Positions 61,131 through 64,000 of a stretch of DNA of 64,000 bases are shown piece by piece (within the stretch, counting starts at the first letter, position 1; each line of letters starts with the position of its first letter). The notes below the pieces were generated by a model. It saw only the letters and a program-made list of their open reading frames with translations, made no database searches and was not told the origin of the DNA. Made by a program: the position numbers and the translations under genes. This stretch comes from Eledone cirrhosa (taxonomy: Eukaryota). The stretch is taken from positions 77,996,001 through 78,060,000 of the forward strand of contig OZ024747.1 of the NCBI GenBank assembly GCA_964016885.1, in the 5' to 3' direction.

Positions 61131-63524
61131 AAATCTACTAAATTATATAGCTCATTCTACCAAAACAAGAGCACAGGTAACTAGGAGTCAATCTACTAAT
61201 TATATATCTCATTCTACCAAAACAAGAGCACAGGTAACTAGGAGTCAATCTGCTAATTATATATCTCATTCTACCAAAACAAGAGCACAGGTAACTAGGA
61301 GTCAATCTACTAATTATATATCTCATTCTACCAAAACAAGAGCACAGGTAACTAGGAGTCAATCTACTAATTATATAGCTCATTCTACCAAAACAAGAGC
61401 ACAGGTAACTAGGAGTCAATCTGCTAATTATATATATCAAACTACCAAAACAAGAGCACAGGTAACTAGGAGTCAATCTACTAATTATATATCTCATTCT
61501 ACCAAAACAAGAGCACAGGTAACTAGGAGTCAATCTACTAATTATATAGCTCATTCTACCAAAACAAGAGCACAGGTAACTAGGAGTCAATCTACTAATT
61601 ATATAGCTCATTCTACCAAAACAAGAGCACAGGTAACTAGGAGTCAATCTACTAATTATATAGCTCATTCTACCAAAACAAGAGCACAGGTAACTAGGAG
61701 TCAATCTGCTAATTATATAGCTCATTCTACCAAAACAAGAGCACAGGTAACTAGGAGTCAATCTACTAATTATATAGCTCATTCTACCAAAACAAGAGCA
61801 CAGGTAACTAGGAGTCAATCTACTAATTATATAGCTCATTCTACCAAAACAAGAGCACAGGTAACTAGGAGTCAATCTACTAATTATATATTTCATTCTA
61901 CCAAAACAAGAGCACAGGTAACTAGGAGTCAATCTACTAATTATATATCTCATTCTACCAAAACAAGAGAACAGGTAACTAGGAGTCAATCTGCTAATTA
62001 TATAGCTCATTCTACCAAAACAAGAGCACAGGTAACTAGGAGTCAATCTGCTAATTATATAGCTCATTCTACCAAAACAAGAGCACAGGTAACTAGGAGT
62101 CAATCTACTAATTATATATCTCATTCTACCAAAACAAGAGCACAGGTAACTAGGAGTCAATCTACTAATTATATAGCTCATTCTACCAAAACAAGAGCAC
62201 AGGTAACTAGGAGTCAATCTGCTAATTATATAGCTCATTCTACCAAAACAAGAGCACAGGTAACTAGGAGTCAATCTGCTAATTATATATCTCATTCTAC
62301 CAAAACAAGAGCACAGGTAACTAGGAGTCAATCTACTAATTATATAGCTCATTCTACCAAAACAAGAGCACAGGTAACTAGGAGTCAATCTACTAATTAT
62401 ATATCTCATTCTACCAAAACAAGAGCACAGGTAACTAGGAGTCAATCTACTAATTATATAGCTCATTCTACCAAAACAAGAGCACAGGTAACTAGGAGTC
62501 AATCTGCTAATTATATAGCTCATTCTACCAAAACAAGAGCACAGGTAACTAGGAGTCAATCTGCTAATTATATAGCTCATTCTACCAAAACAAGAGCACA
62601 GGTAACTAGGAGTCAATCTACTAATTATATATCTCATTCTACCAAAACAAGAGCACAGGTAACTAGGAGTCAATCTGCTAATTATATAGCTCATTCTACC
62701 AAAACAAGAGCACAGGTAACTAGGAGTCAATCTGCTAATTATATAGCTCATTCTACCAAAACAAGAGCACAGGTAACTAGGAGTCAATCTACTAATTATA
62801 TATCTCATTCTACCAAAACAAGAGCACAGGTAACTAGGAGTCAATCTACTAATTATATAGCTCATTCTACCAAAACAAGAGCACAGGTAACTAGGAGTCA
62901 ATCTACTAATTATATAGCTCATTCTACCAAAACAAGAGCACAGGTAACTAGGAGTCAATCTACTAATTATATAGCTCATTCTACCAAAACAAGAGCACAG
63001 GTAACTAGGAGTCAATCTACTAATTATATAGCTCATTCTACCAAAACAAGAGCACAGGTAACTAGGAGTCAATCTACTAATTATATATCTCATTCTACCA
63101 AAACAAGAGCACAGGTAACTAGGAGTCAATCTACTAATTATATAGCTCATTCTACCAAAACAAGAGCACAGGTAACTAGGAGTCAATCTACTAATTATAT
63201 AGCTCATTCTCCCAAAACAAGAGCACAGGTAACTAGGAGTCAATCTACTAATTATATAGCTCATTCTACCAAAACAAGAGCACAGGTAACTAGGAGTCAA
63301 TCTACTAATTATATATCTCATTCTACCAAAACAAGAGCACAGGTAACTAGGAGTCAATCTACTAATTATATATCTCATTCTACCAAAACAAGAGCACAGG
63401 TAACTAGGAGTCAATCTACTAATTATATAGCTCATTCTACCAAAACAAGAGCACAGGTAACTAGGAGTCAATCTGCTAATTATATATCTCATTCTACCAA
63501 AACAAGAGCACAGGTAACTAGGAT
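61131..63524. repeat. 57-bp tandem satellite, about 42 highly homogeneous copies
   Basis: Unit AATCT(A/G)CTAATTATATA(G/T)CTCATTCTACCAAAACAAGAGCACAGGTAACTAGGAGTC. Confidence 0.97.
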
Positions 63525-64000
63525 TACTAACACGAAGGAGGTTGTCGTATCTATGGCACAACTGAAGAGTCATTTCAACTCTTTGTTTGGCAAGTTATGC
63601 CCTTCCTTTCCCCAACCAATATACAGAGTGTACTGGGCGCAATATATTAGTTATGTGTTACCACGCATGGCTTAGTGGTTAGAGCATTGGGCTTGCAATC
63701 GAAAGGCTGTGAGTTCAATTCTCGGACCGGGTGATGTGTTGTTTCCGTGAGCAAGACACTTTATTTCACATTGCTCCAGTTTACTCAGCTGTAGAAATGA
63801 GATGATAGGACTGGGGTCCTCTCATTAAATCATCCAAGAGACCTCCAACGAGATATACCTCGGAGGCCAGCTAAACCTGCATAGGTGTGAGCTGTCACAC
63901 ACACACACACACACAGACAGGTGGTTACGTAACAAAATTAGTAGTTTTAAATATGGAAAATTTATAAAACATTTGTAAAATAGCTTCAAAATGACACACC

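Noticed and set aside
61131-63524. CRISPR array (also considered for the 54001, 57243 and 35025 arrays)
   Set aside because: Units are contiguous with no unique spacers, there are no cas genes, and the context is eukaryotic.
61138-63573. 811-aa ORF as a protein-coding gene
   Set aside because: It is a 57-bp (3n) tandem repeat that happens to lack stops in one frame. Non-ATG start, no domain, no splice context.

Overview
AT-rich, microsatellite-dense eukaryotic genomic DNA. The repeat families resemble those of Octopus (coleoid cephalopod); this is inferred from the repeat content, not verified. The only clear host gene is a 5'-nucleotidase (NT5E/CD73-like) on the minus strand. Its first three coding exons (24777-24391, 7163-6953, 248-63) have canonical GT-AG sites, and the gene continues beyond the window start. 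The rest is a dense mix of mobile elements: one apparently intact full-length Tx1/L1-group LINE stacked with R4/Dong LINEs in an intronic (TAA)n tract; a Penelope-like element with a fold-back 5' end; RTE and CRE LINE fragments; Helitron and hAT remnants; two or more tRNA-derived SINE families; and many mini/microsatellites, including a 2.4-kb 57-bp array. Three observations stand out. (i) The dominant SINE shares its 3' terminal motif and ATT-rich target with the intact Tx1-like LINE, suggesting a SINE-LINE partnership. (ii) Sister Tx1 elements sit in different microsatellites. (iii) There are several minimal type I hammerhead ribozymes from different families, some duplicated as inverted hairpins.
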